Origin: Squalus acanthias
Lineage: Eukaryota
NCBI GenBank assembly: GCA_030390025.1
Contig: JASTWF010000069.1
Coordinates: forward strand, 992,001 to 1,056,000
Direction: 5' to 3'
Length of the DNA: 64,000 nt
Shown: positions 11,568 through 24,330 of the stretch, piece by piece
Position numbering within the stretch: position 1 is the first letter of the stretch
Layout: each line of letters starts with the position of its first letter
Position numbers and translations under genes: made by a program
Notes under the pieces: model-generated
Seen by the model: only the letters and a program-made list of their open reading frames with translations
What the model was told of the DNA's origin: nothing
The model's database searches: none

Positions 11568-12352
11568 TGTTAGATTCGAATTTGGAGAAACTCTAGACGG
11601 AGATGAAATTGAGGACAAGAACAAAATTTATTAAAACAACTAAGAGAGACTTGTGCACAAGGGGAGCCACCCAGCTTCCTCAAGCTTGAGGTGCACTCAC
11701 AAAGGAAAAACAGCGGTTCATTCAAGATATACAGTTCTATAATCAACGCCCACTTACTACAGAATGGGGGGCGTACACGTACAAACAACGTCACCACAGT
11801 TACTCTTTATTGGTTTCGGTGTTCAGTCACTCAACTGTTGGGCCCATCCCCTGAGCTCAGGTGCCCCTCCCCTGCCCATGCTGGACACAGATGTTGGGAG
11901 TAACCCTACCTCCACATTCCTGTTGTTATCTCTTCCTCGCTATAAGCATAGTTTATTGTTCGAGAGGACCGGTTTTACACTTAACTGCCGAACAAGCACA
12001 AAGCCACAGCGATTCATGTGTCCAGCGAACTCGTACCATGTTTGATAATTGGTCCCCTTATCTCCTGGGAGGACAGGCCGTGCTTGGACAGTGACTCCAC
12101 TAAGGCGCTGTGAATACACATCCCGAAGTTTAATTAGTGAAGAGACGCCTTGCAGCCTGCAAAAGTGCCTGTTCCTTGCATTTTACGATCCCCTTCTCAC
12201 TTTTACTGGTCTCTGATGTTCGATATTCGACCTGGCTTACATCCCTGCTATCTGTTCCCAGCTGCATGTTGTCAGTCTCCGTTTTAATTAAGCCCCATCT
12301 TCGAATCTACAGCTAGTCCTTACAAGCGCCTTTTTTATGAGAGGCTTAAACA
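11568..12352 (-). mobile_element. LTR-like insertion terminating the satellite
   Basis: Abrupt TGTTAG start after the last satellite unit; TTTATT (AATAAA on the - strand) about 60 nt inside; candidate CA end at 12352; no TSD found. Confidence 0.45.
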
Positions 12353-12439
12353 TAGTCAAGTATCCCAGAATTCTTTGGGAACTAGCTGGATCCTTCAGCT
12401 TGTTCAAAACGCCCGAAGTGAGTAAAAGCTTGGTTGAAG

Positions 12440-15270
12440 CATGTCCAGTTAACCATTTGCCCCGGTTTGCAGGGCCGCAGTCAAATGGGTTTTGTTCCCG
12501 AATCCCGTGTCTGATTTGGGTCGGGGATGGTTGGTTGGGAAGCCCAGGCGCCGGCGCACACTATATTGCTGCACTGGCCCCGGGCGAGTTCGGGAAAGTG
12601 TCGGAATCTCGTGCCGCCTGCCGGGCCATCGGTCAGCGGGCACGGTATCGGGTATAACTTCGGGCAGGAATGTCGGATCCGGACCGGGTCAACGGCGCCT
12701 GAATGGGTAGCCGAGCGGCCTGGGCAGGCCGGGGGCAAGGGGCATCCAGCGGTACCGGAACGGCGTCGGTGCGACACCGGGAAGCCGGGTGCCGACCGCT
12801 CCCAGTCCAGCCTATGTTTTCCCGTTTAAAACGACGGGAATGAGTGCTGTCCTCTGGTGGTGGAATCCTGCCGTTGCAGCTTTTCGTGTACAATTACCAT
12901 TTGCCCCGGTCGGCGGGGCGGCAGTCAAACGCCTGACGTTCCGGACTGGCGTGTCCGATTTCGGTCGGACATGGCTCGTTGGAAAGCCCCGGCGCTGGCG
13001 CACACTATATTACTGCGCTGGCTCCGGGCCCGTTCGGGAAAGTGTCAGAATCGCCTGCCGCTGCCGGGCCGTCGGTCAGCGGGCACGTCGTCGGGTATAA
13101 CTTCTGGCCGGAAGGTCGGATCCGCACCGGGTCAACGGCGCCTGAATGGGCTTGCGGGGCTGAAGAGACCAGCACCGACCCGGTGTAGCTGCGCCTTTGC
13201 CCGGCTGGGTGACAGCAGTCAGGCTGCAGACCGCTTTCCGACTGCTAAATCGGCGGACTGGCCACCGATCTGCTGGGGGGCGCCGTTTGCAGAAGCCGAG
13301 GGCAAGCGGCATCGGCCGGTACCAGAACCAGAGCGGTGGCCCACCGGGGAGCGTGTCGGCAGGCGCCGAAACTTGGCAGGGTGACCCCGCCCGCCCCGCT
13401 GGAAAAGGTGCAAAATGCCGCAAAAACCACCCGGGGAGCTCGAGCCGAGTGGGAAACGCTCATCTGGAAAGCCGGGACATTTTTCAACAAAGTCGTCCAT
13501 ACGAACGAAAATTCTTGCAAAAGTGGCCCAGAGACTGAGTGGGAAAGTGACAAATGGTTAATCAAAAGTCAAAGGGACAAATAGTTAACCAAAGTCTCAA
13601 AAGAGGCAACTCGTTAACTGAAATTTGAAAAGTGACAAATGTTTAACCAAATGTCAAAGAACGACATTTTATACCCTTTTTGGGTGGAATTTTTTTTGCA
13701 TTTTTGCCCATTTTTCGGATTTTTGGTCGGGATTTAAAAACGGCCGCCTGACGCCCGGCAGAGGCCGGGGATTCGCCTCCCCTGCGTAAGGGACCGTGTC
13801 CGAACCGATTGAGGCCGAGAGACCCGAGTTCAGGCCGGAAAATGATTTTCCCGAAATCGGCCGAAAATTAAAAAAAAATTCCCTGTCCGCCGGCCGGGGC
13901 GGCGTTCGACTGGGCACCGGGAATCCGCGTCTAACGGTGTCAAAACCGCGTGGCTCCGACGCCGGAGTGCGGAGATATGGCCGTTCAAAGTTGTTCCGGA
14001 GGTCCGAAGGGATCGGATTCGGCCGCCTTACCCGGGCTTCGGGTGATGATTTCCCGCTTGGGGAAGCGAGTTGCTCCCGGCGAATGGACATGTGCATTTT
14101 CTGGCAAGTGTTCCCGAACCATGGTTATCGACTTTGATGGCGGGAAATCAGTAACCCAGACGGAAGTTTGGATGGAGAATAAAAACTGGCCATTTGCGGG
14201 GATTTGGGTGCTCCTGGTCGGATCGAGGTGGCGGTTCGACCCGCTGATTTGACACTTGTCATTTCTGTCCTTGGGGGTTGGCGGGGTTCCTGCAGAATGG
14301 TAGGAGGTGGCATTTCCAGACTCGGTCTGATTTCCAGATTAATGTCTAGCGCCTCCAGGTCTGCAGAGACCGACCCGGGCTGCCGTCCCACCGACTTTTA
14401 ACCCTTTTTGGGTGGAAATTATTTACCATTTTCGGCCATTTTTCGGGTTTTTGGTCGGTCTTAGAAAACGGCGGCCTGACGCCTGGCAGAGGCCGGGGCT
14501 TCGGCTCCTTTGCGGAAGGGACCGTATTCGACCCGATTCAGCCCCGAAAGTGGATCCAAAGTCGGCCGATAGACCCGAGTTCAGGTCCGGGGACGCCCCG
14601 GCGTCTAACTCATTAACCAAAAATGAAAGACTTGGGTTGCTGGAGAGACTGAGTCCCGGGCTGGGCATATCATTAACCAAAAATGAAAAAAGCCAGGCCG
14701 AGATTGGACCAGGGCCAACTGATTAACCAAAGTGCACACCGACCGGGCTGACATTGAGTGAGCTGCCCGTGGCTAGGGGGGTAGAAAGCGGCAGAGTGTC
14801 AAAACCCCGAAAATACGGAAGTCCGATGGGATCGGATTTGGCCGCCTTATTAGGGCGGAGGGTGAAGCCTTCCCGCTTGGGGAAGTGAGCTGCTCCCGGC
14901 AAATAGTGATGTACCAATTCTGGGAAGTGTTCCCGAACCATGGTTAACGAGTTAGCAGGTGGGAAATCATTTACCAAGTCGGAAGTCCGGATGAAGGAGA
15001 AAAAAATGCCATTTGCGGCGATTTGGGTGCTCCTGGTCGGACCGAGGTGGCCCTTTGACCCGCTGATTTGACACTTGTCATTTCTGTACTTGGGGGTTGG
15101 CGGGGTGCCCGGAGATTTTCGGGAACACGATTTTCAGAACAAATTTTACACAGCGAGTACATTTTGAAAATGCCCGAAAAATGTAACTTTGCTAAAAGGC
15201 TCATTTTATCAAACTCGAGACCTCTTTCAAAGAGTAATCGAAAGTCATTAAAAATGGTTTTGGTGGTTCT
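12440..15270. repeat. Unclassified CpG-rich non-coding element with two internal diverged tandem duplications
   Basis: 12452-12710 repeats at 12896-13150; 13667-14290 repeats at 14395-15110; very high CpG density; no credible ORF. Confidence 0.7.
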
Positions 15271-15284
15271 GACTTTGCTGACTT

Positions 15285-16082
15285 TTTTGATGTATATAAA
15301 TGACCTGGATATTGGAATACAGAGTAGAATTTCTAAATTTGCTGATGACACCAAACTTTGGGGGTGTGGCAAACAGTGATGATGATACCAATCGACTGCA
15401 ACATGACATAGAAAGGCTAGCAGAATGGGCCGATATGTGGCAGATGGAATTTAATACACTGAAGTGTGAGGTGATACATTTTGGCAGAAGGAACAGGGGG
15501 AGGCAACATACACTTAATGGCACAGTTTTAAAGAGTGTGTTGGGACAGAGGGACCTGGGAGTTAATGTGTATAGGTTCCTGAAGGTGGCAGGACATATTG
15601 AGAGTGTGGCTAGCAAAGCATATGGGATCTTGGACTTCATCAATAGAGGTATTGAGTACAAAAGTAGAGAAGTTATGCTGAACCGTTATAAAGCGCTGGT
15701 TAGGCCACAACTGGAGTATTGTGTCCAGTTCTGGTCACCACACTTTAGGAAGGATGTGAAGGCACTTGAGAGGGTGCAGAGGAGATTTACCAGAATGGTT
15801 CCGGGGATGGGGATCTTAGCTACAAGTGCCGTATGACTCTATGACTCTAGTGATTCAGGATGGAGATAGTGTCGTGAGTTCTGACGGATCCTAATCCACT
15901 GTTCCTGCCTTTTAAGTCAGCACAGAATATACCTCAATGGGTGCGTCATTTAGGCATTGTGTTGGGTGGAAGACCTGCTTCACTGAACAGGGTCCTGAGG
16001 TCTGTGAGCCAATATAGAATGAACTTGTCCACTCCCATGCCAACGATTCCCTTCCATCCATTGGATTGATGGAGCCATCTGT
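15285..16082 (+). pseudogene. Relic of the Siglec leader-V intron (CR1 fragment plus unique intron sequence), no V exon following
   Basis: 15850-16082 is the reverse complement of about 33560-33795 and 43548-43783, adjacent to the same CR1 subfamily fragment. Confidence 0.75.
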
Positions 16083-17939
16083 GTGGTGAGGTAAGTGTGT
16101 GAGGTGAGTGAGAAGTGAGAGAAAATGTAAACTTACCTTTGTTTCTTCCTGCAGGCTTCAACAGTTGGGGATGCGGAGAGTCTCGCATCTCACTGGCAGA
16201 GATGACAGAATGGCTGCTGCATTCTCCGATGCAACAGCCATCTGATTTCTGCTAAAGAAAGAGGTTTGATGAGTCTTGAATACAAGGACTCATCAAACAA
16301 CAGAGCATGTCAGTGTTTGACAGCTTCACAGAGCTGTCAAACTATGACAATTCATCTATCCAAAATCTTTGACAGATGAAACGTCATACGCTGACATTCT
16401 CTGTAACCGGCTTCCCCTTAATTGGCCTGCTAAACCCGCTGGGTGGGCTTAACAAGGTCAACCAAGGGGAACTAGCGTGGGTTGGCCACAAGTTGATGGA
16501 GGCGGGACTGAAAGCCGACAAGCAGCAGTCCCTCTGTAGCTTTTAGAAGCTCTTTATAATAATTTGTCCGTGACGACACAAACCACTCTGGGTCCAGGTA
16601 TATTGTGTATCAGTAAAACAGGTTTATTGTGCATTAAACATCCAGTACAAGGAAATAATAATTAACAAGAAGATAGTCGCAGTCTGTTCATTGAACCCCC
16701 GGTGTTCCTTCCGAGTGACCCTTTAACACTTGCTGTGTTCTGTTGACTGGAGCTTCTCATCCTCTGGTTTCGCGCTGCTTTCAGTGTTCAATAGCTGTTG
16801 CCTTATACCTTTTATTTCCCTTTCAAAAATACATAGCAACTTGCAGCTGCTTGGGCTATCTCACCATTCTGACCTTCACAAGTACGGTCTATGATTTCCT
16901 CCCTTTTTCTGCTGTGAGCTTTTCTCTGAGTACTTTTTCCGGTTCTTGGGGGACATCCTGGTGGGTTTGGTCTTGGTCTCAGTGTAGAAGGGCCAGCAAG
17001 GACACCGATACGGACAGGTGCAGACACGCAGGGGGAGGAGGAGGATCGGGGGAAATGGGCCAGGCCTTCTACTCAAAGGGAGAAAGAGCGACGGGCGCGA
17101 GCAGAAGCCGTTGGGGGGACAAAATGTTTCAAATTGGAAAGTGGGCTGGGAGGTGAAAGGTCAAACTCAATGGCCAACTTCAGAAAGCTCAGTCTATTGG
17201 GGGAAATCACATTCAGGAAGCCCAGAGAAGGAGCTGTTGGTGCGGTAATGTTTAATGTGATGGGAGAAGGAGTTGGATTTACCCTAAAGAAGGTTTTTTT
17301 AGTGAAAGAATGAGTTTATTGACTGGGATTGAAGCTTCCTAGAGTAGGGTGACAGGACAAGGAGGATAACAAGTCTTCTTTCTCTTCTGTGCCCAGTGTC
17401 ACATTCTTCGACAAAACCTCCCAAACACGTCACCTCCAGCACCACTCCTAGGATAAGGACAGCCGGCGCATGGGAACAGGGGAGAGTTCTTTCAGCGAGC
17501 TAGCACAGAGGGAGACGGGCCGAATGGGGGAAGGGTGGATAAATGGGACTAAGGGGATAGCTCTTTCAGGCACGATGGGCCCAATGGTCTCCTCCTGAGC
17601 CATCGAATTCCCTGACTGTACGCAGGGAGCTCGTATCAGCATCTCCGCCCATCACATTGGATGATTGTGGGAGAGAGGTGCTTGCGCGGAGAGAGGCGGA
17701 TCTTTGAATCTCCTGCCCCAATGAGTCAGCATCAAGTTGTCCCTGGTCAAGCATTTCATCCCAAACACATCAAACGCAAAACCTTTCCATCCCTTCCCTC
17801 CTCCCAACATCTCCCCCAGCAGGTTGTCTGTTGTTGCCCGGAATCTCAAACCCACCTCACCCCTCATTCCTCATCTCCTCCCATCACACCTCATCACCCC
17901 TCACCCCATTACCTTCTTACCTCCTTACCTCCTCACCTA

Positions 17940-20345
17940 GAAACATAGAAACATAGAAGCAGGCCATTCAGCCCCTCGAGCCTGCTCCGCCATTCGATAA
18001 GATCATGGCTGATCCTCCAAACTCAGTACACTGTCCCTGCCTTCTCCCCATATCCCTTGATACCTTTAGCCGTAAGAAATATATCTAACTCCTTCTTGAA
18101 TATATTTACTGAATTGGCCTCAACTGCCTTCTGTGGTAGAGAATTCCACAGGATCACCACTCTCTGGGTGAAGAAATTCCTCCTCATCTCTGTCCTAAAT
18201 GGCTTACCCCTTATCTTTAGACTGTGACCTCTTGTTCTGGACTCCCCCGCCATTGGGAACATCCTTCCTGCATCCAGTCTGTCTAGCCCTGTTAGAATTT
18301 TATAAGTTTCAATGAGATCTCCTCTCATTCTTCTAAACTCCAGCGAGTATAAGCCCAATCGACCCAATCTCTCCTCGTACGTCATTCCTGCCATCCCAGG
18401 TATCAGTCTTGTGAATCTTCGCTGCACACCCTCCATGGAAAGAACATCCTTCCTCAGAGAAGGCGACCAAAACTGCCCACAATACTCCAGGTGTGGTCTC
18501 ACCAAGGCCCTGTACAGCTGCAGAAAGACATCCTTGTTCCTGTACTCAAACCCTCTCGCTACAAAGGCCAACATACCATTTGCCTCTTAACCGCCTGCTG
18601 CACCTGCATGCTTACCTTCAGCGACTGGTGCACAAGGACACCCAGGTCTCGTTGCACTTCCCCTTCTCCCAATCTATTGCCGTTCAGATAATAATCTGCC
18701 TTTCTGTTTTTGCCACTAAAGTGGATAACCTCACATTTATCCACATTATACTGCATCTGCCATGCTTCTGCCTGTTGGTGAAAAATAAATTCACTCGAGT
18801 CTGTCTCAAAGCAAAAGATCACAGTTTATTATTCAAAGCACCCTGGGAGAAGAGTCATAGACCCCCGCGGTCTAGTGACCAGCTTTTCAATTTAATAGCA
18901 GCAGCCAAGCTTCTTTATACACTTCAAGAAGCCAGAAAGTACAAAGATCAGCAGTTATTACATCATGAGTGACCGTAAGTCAGGGTCTCTAAAAACAACC
19001 TGATTAGAATCTTACAATGTTAGCGAAACCCATTCCCTAGTTCTGCTTTTGTCTAATGGTGGTTAGCCATCTGGGCTGCAAGGTTTATTCTTGCTCCATC
19101 ATAGCTTCGGTCAACCTGAGTTGTCTGTTGGTGATTGGACACCATTCGAGGTTAGTTTATTATAGACAACAATGATTCACGTTTTGTTCTGCAGTGTCTG
19201 CATTATCTATACCGCAGACCAAGCAAGCTGGTTCTTATTTAATTATACCCCTGTCTCCATCGGCTTGTGGCCTTCGGGAGATATTTTGACCTTTACTCTA
19301 GTCCTGTAAGCAGTCCAACTAACTTTAAGCATTACAACTGATTTGCCCTTACATTATTACAATTAATTTTACCCTTACATGCCCAATCACCCAACCTGTC
19401 CAAATTATACTGTAGTTTCTCGGCATCCTCCTCGCAGCACACATGCCCACCCAGCTTTGTGTCATCTGCAAACTTGGAGATATTACATCTAGTTCCCTCG
19501 TCTAGATCATTAATATATATAGTGAATAGCTGGGGTCCTAGGACCGATCCCTGCGGAACCCCACTAGTCACTGCCTGCCACTCGGAAAAAGACCCGTTTA
19601 TTCCAACTCTTTGCTTCCTGTCTGCCAACCAGTTCTCTATCCAAGTCAATACCTTGCCCCCAATCCCATGTGCCTTAACTTTACACGCTAATCTCTTATG
19701 CGGGACCTTATCGAACGCCTTCTGAAAGTCCAAATACACCACATCCACTGGTTTTCCCTTATCTATTCTATCAGTTACATCCTCAGAAAATTCCAGTAGA
19801 TTAGTCAAGCACGATTTACCTTTTGTAAATCCATGTTGACTTTGTCCAATCCTGTCACTGTTTTCCAAGTGCTCTGCTATTACATCTTTTATAATGGACT
19901 GTAGCATTTCTCCCACAACCGATGTCAGGCTTACCGGTCTATAATTCCCCGTTTTTTCTTTACCACCTTTTTTGAACATTGGGGTAACATTAGCTACCCT
20001 CCAATCCATGGGAACTGTTCCAGAGTCTATAGAATTTTGGAAGATGACCAGCAATGCATCTACTATTTCTAGGGCCACTTCCTTAAGTACCCTAGGATGT
20101 AGATTATGAGGCCCTGGGGATTTATCGGCCTTTAATGCCGTCAATTTCCCTAACACTATTTCCCTACAAATACTGATTTCATTCAGTTCCTCCCTCTCAT
20201 TAGACCCTATGTTCCCCGACATCTCTGGGAGGTTATTTGTGTCCTCCTTTGTGAAGACAGAGCCAAAGTATGTATATAATTATTCTGCCATTTCTTTGTT
20301 CCCCATTATAAATTCCCCTGATTCTGACTGCAAGGGACCTACACT
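17940..20345 (-). mobile_element. CR1 LINE, 5'-truncated, split by a solo LTR
   Basis: ORFs 19332-20222 (RT: [25 protein letters not shown]), 18559-18822 and 18023-18574; (TTTCTATG)n tail at 17940. Confidence 0.93.
18773..19379 (-). mobile_element. Solo LTR, 607 bp
   Basis: TG...CA termini; 4-bp TSD TGCC at 18769-18772 and 19380-19383; removing it restores CR1 DWAEAWQM; AATAAA on the - strand near 18830. Confidence 0.88.
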
Positions 20346-20463
20346 TGACTACTCACCCCCTCACCCCCCAGCCCCCAGCCCTCACCTCCTCAAGCCTCCC
20401 CCCTCAGCCCCTCACCCCCTCAACCTCTCACTTCCACCCCCTCACCCCGTTTCATGCTCAGTT

Positions 20464-20706
20464 TCACTGAAATCTGATCTCTGCGTATTCCGTTCCCTCG
20501 TCCTTGTCGACAGTCCCGTCGACGTTGGGCAGCTTTAAGAATTTGATGCTGGCGTACAGAAGGTCCTCATGCTTGGTGGGTTGTCCATGTCCAGCATCTC
20601 CTCCCGCCCGACCTTCAGAGAGACCCCGGGGAGCTGGTGTCTCCGCCTCGCTCGTTGCCTCACTGGTTACATTCCAGGAGTCAGGAACCATCCCGCACTG
20701 CGAACC
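20464..20706 (-). CDS. Siglec-like gene B, terminal exon with ITIM (LLYASI) and ITSM/ITIM-like motif (TEYAEI)
   Basis: TTTGTAG|GGT acceptor, phase 0. GSQCGMVPDS...HEDLLYASIKFLKL...DEGTEYAEIRFQ* has the same two-motif layout as CD33-related Siglec tails. Confidence 0.9.
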   Translation of the reverse strand, partial: GSQCGMVPDSWNVTSEATSEAETPAPRGLSEGRAGGDAGHGQPTKHEDLLYASIKFLKLPNVDGTVDKDEGTEYAEIRFQ

Positions 20707-20792
20707 CTACAAAGCAAATGGAAGCACAAGACATTCTCAGGTCATTTCCCGGGGCTGATGGGGTGAAATGATTGCACAGACTCACTAGTGTA

Positions 20793-20890
20793 AGTCGTGG
20801 CTCAGTGGGTTTAACACTCGCTCGCTCGTCTCTGAGACAGAAAGCCGTTGGTTCGAGTCCCCACTCCAGAGACTTGAGCCCCATAATTCA
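20793..20890 (+). mobile_element. tRNA-derived SINE head
   Basis: A-box TGGCTCAGTGG and B-box GGTTCGAGTCC, followed by CACTCCAGAGACTTGAGC SINE body. Confidence 0.75.
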
Positions 20891-20939
20891 CAAGCTCAGA
20901 ACATCCTGAAACGCTTCAAAGCCAATGAAATACTTCGTG

Positions 20940-22157
20940 ATGTTGGTTGAGTGATAAAAATTAGACCTTGACTCTGGGGAGAACTTCCCCTGCTCTTCGC
21001 AATATTAGCCATGGGATCTTCCATGTCAACCTTACAGGTTTAATGTCTCATCTGAAAAACTGCCCCTCCGATGGTGCAGCGCTCCCTCAGTACTGCCCCT
21101 CCGACAGTGCGGCACTCCCTCAGTACTGCCCCTCCGACAGTGTGGCGCTCCCTCAGTACTGCCCCTCCGACAGTGCGGCGCTCCCTCAGTACTGCCCCTC
21201 CGACAGTGCGGCCCTCCCTCAGTACTGCCCCTCCGAGAGTGCAGCGCTCCCTCAGTACTGCCCCGCCGACAGTGCGGTGCTCCCTCAATACTGCCCCTCC
21301 TACAGTGCGACGCTCCCTCAGTACTGCCCCTCCAACAGTGCGGCGCTCCCTCAGTACTGCCCCTCCGACAGTGCGGCGCTCTCTCAGTACTGCCCCTCCG
21401 ACAGTGCAGCTGTCCCTCCAACAGTACAGCGCTATCTCAGTACTACCCCTCCGACAATGCAGCCCTCCCTCAGTACAGCACCTCCGACAGTGCAGCGCTC
21501 CCTCAGTACTGCCCCTCTGACAGTGCAGCGCTCCCTCAGTACTGCCCCTCCGACATTGCGGCACTTCCTCAGTACAGTCCCTCCGACAGTGCGGCGCTCC
21601 CTCAGTACTGCCCCTCCGACAGTGTGGCGCTCCCTCAGTACTGCCCCGCCGACAGTGCGATGCTCCCTCAATACTGCCCCTCCTACAGTGCGACGCTCCC
21701 TCAGTACTGCCCTTCCAACAGTGCGGCGCTCCCTCAGTACTGCCCCTCCGACAGTGTGGCGCTCCCTCAGTACTGCCCCTCCGACAGTACGGCGCTCCCT
21801 CAGTACTGCCCCTCCGACAGTGCAGCGCTCCCTCAGTACTGCCCCTCTGAAAGTGCGGCGCTCCCTCAATACTGCCCCTCCTACAGTGCGACGCTCCCTC
21901 AGTACTGCCCCTCCGACAGTGCGGCCCTCCCTCAGTACTGCCCCTCCGACAGTGCAGCGCTCCCTCAGTACTACCCCTCAGACAGTGCGGCACTCCCTCA
22001 GTACTGCCCCTCAGACAGTGCGGCGCTCCCTCAGTACTGATACTGGGGAGTGTCGGCCTGGATTATGGGCTCAAGTCTCTGGAGTGGGGACTTGAACCCA
22101 CGACCTTCTGACTCAGAGTCGAGAGGGAGATTTGTAAACCCACTGAGCCACGACTGA
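20940..22157 (-). mobile_element. tRNA-derived SINE with an internal 33-bp minisatellite expansion (about 21060-22040)
   Basis: Pol III head at about 22070-22157 on the - strand (TGGCTCAGTGG, GGTTCAAGTCC); about 30 units of the 33-mer; SINE body resumes below 21060. Confidence 0.85.
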
Positions 22158-22261
22158 CATCTCGGGCAGAAATTCGTGGGCAACCTGTCTGGGAATCTCC
22201 AACACGTGTTGCCTACACCCTGAGATTGAGGCTTCAGACTAAGTGCAAACAGCTTCTGTAC

Positions 22262-22343
22262 CTGGTGCTTGGCGGAGAGTGGACTGGAGGTCATTGCAAT
22301 GTCACTGGGCTCTGAAGCTCTCTCCTCATTCGCTGCCTTTCTC
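22262..22343 (-). CDS. Siglec-like gene B, cytoplasmic exon 1
   Basis: TATTTCAG|G acceptor, CCAG|GTACAG donor; phase 2-0 fits both neighbours. RKAANEERASEPSDIAMTSSPLSAKHQ. Confidence 0.82.
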
Positions 22344-22814
22344 CTGAAATAGCAGAATATCACACTGCGGTTATATCTCAGAGTGTAACGTTACAGCAAC
22401 TACCGGACTGTCTCTTTAAATCGCTTCTGTCCACATACATAGAATCACACAGCATAGAAAGAGGCCATTTGGCCCTTTGTGCCTGTGCTGGCTTTTGAAA
22501 GAGCTCTCCAATTAGTCCCACTCTCCCCCCTGCTCTTTCCCCACAGCCCTGTGAATTTTTCCCCTTCAAGTATTTATCCAATTCCCCTTTTGAAAGTCTC
22601 TGTTGAATCTGCTTCCACCGCCCTTTCAGGCAGCGCATTCCTGATCACAACAGCTGGACACTGAGCCGTGAAAGGCGCACTCCAGGTCATAGCGGACGCA
22701 GGGACCGCTCACGGGGAGTGGCGTCTGCTGCTGAACCCGAGGGAAACAGTCACTGACTCAAGGAGAGATGATTGGAGTAAAGATTTAAAAATCCAATGAA
22801 ACCTTCGCACTTAC

Positions 22815-22911
22815 TTTCGCACGCACATAAAGATTACGAATCCAGCCAGTGCAACGCTCAGTGCGATCCCAGCAGCAAGCAATCCTACTCTCCATTCATT
22901 GCCGTCTCCAC
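22815..22911 (-). CDS. Siglec-like gene B, transmembrane exon (uncharged helix)
   Basis: TTTTTCCAG|GT acceptor, GAAA|GTAAGT donor, phase 1-2. GGDGNEWRVGLLAAGIALSVALAGFVIFMCVRK. Confidence 0.88.
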
Positions 22912-23404
22912 CTGGAAAAACTGCCAGCAATTCATTAATTTTTGGCCATTCATTATCAGGGTGTGAGCGTCGCTGGCAAGGCCATCCATAGTTCGACGGT
23001 GTAAGATTCTAAACACTGTAATTAAACCGCTGCTACCGTCTGGAGATCGAGGTTCAGAATGAATTGTGAATTGGTTACAGACAGATTCAAAATGTAGGAG
23101 GTGAGCATGTGTTCTTTGTTTGTGAAGACACAGAATGGTGGAAGTCAGCAGGGGGTCCCTTGCCTGGTGGTCAGTCTGGTCCTTAGTTTGTAAGGCCACA
23201 TGGACAGGAAGGAGAAACACCGGGTGAAGAGGAAGTCCCGCCCCCCCCACACACCTCACAGGAACATGAACGTGTCATGTGGGAGGAACGCCAATCAGGG
23301 AAGTGTTGGAGTGAAACTGACCTATCAGAGGTATGGCAGACAGTGATATACGACTGGGGGCCGGCAGAAAGGCCCGAGAAAGAGTGACCCAGAGGCGGGG
23401 AATT

Positions 23405-23685
23405 CAGAAGGACAAGGGCAGCAAGCGCATGGGAACACCACCACCTCCAAGTTCCCCTCCAAGTCACACACCATCCTGACTTAGAAGTATATCGGCGATC
23501 CTTCATCGTCTCTGGGTCAAAATCCTGGAACTGCCTACCTAACAGCACTGTGGGAGTACCTTCACCACACGGACTGCAGCGGTTCAAGAAGGCGGCTCAC
23601 CACCACCTTCTCAAGGGCAATTAGGGATGGGCAATAAATGCTGGCCTTGACAGCGACGCCCAGATCCCATAAACAAATTTAAAAA
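23405..23685 (+). mobile_element. 3' end of a second-family CR1-like LINE
   Basis: Matches 4595-4870. Confidence 0.8.
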
Positions 23686-24330
23686 TATATATCTATATCT
23701 ATATATATATATATATCAACCAATGTCACTAAAATAACAGATTATCTGGTCATTATCACATTGTTGTTTGTGGGAGCTTGCTGTGCGCAAAATGGAGGCC
23801 ATGTTTCCTGCATTACAACAGTGACTACACTGGTATGTCCTGTCCACAAACAGCAAGACAAATCCAATCCGGCCAATTACCGCCCCATCAGTCTACTCTC
23901 AATCATCAGCAAAGTGATGGAAGGTGTCATTGACAGTGCTATCAAGCGGCACTTACTCACCAATAACCTGCTCACCGATTCCCAGTTTGGGTTCCGCCAG
24001 GATCACTTGGCTCTCGACCTCATTATAGCCTTGGACCAAACATGGACAAAAGAGCTGAATTCCAGAGGGGAGGTGAGAGTGACTGCCCTTGACATCAAAG
24101 CAGTGTTTGACCGAGTGTGGCATCAAGGAGCCCCAGTTAAACTCAAGTCAATGGGAATCGGGGGGAAAACTCTCCACTGGCTGGAGTCATACCTAGCACA
24201 AAGGAAGATGGTTGTGGTTGTTGAAGTTCAATCATCACAGCCCCAGGACATCGCTGCAGGCATTCCTCAGGGCAGCGTCCTAGGCCCAACCATCTTCAGC
24301 TGCTTCATCAATGACCTTCCCTCCATCATA

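Noticed and set aside
12337-14977. Many overlapping GC-rich ORFs
   Set aside because: No recognisable domains; expected from high GC content; frames are not conserved between the internal duplicates.
20793-20880. tRNA genes (also about 22080-22157 and 41341-41410)
   Set aside because: A/B boxes run directly into SINE body sequence; no complete cloverleaf.
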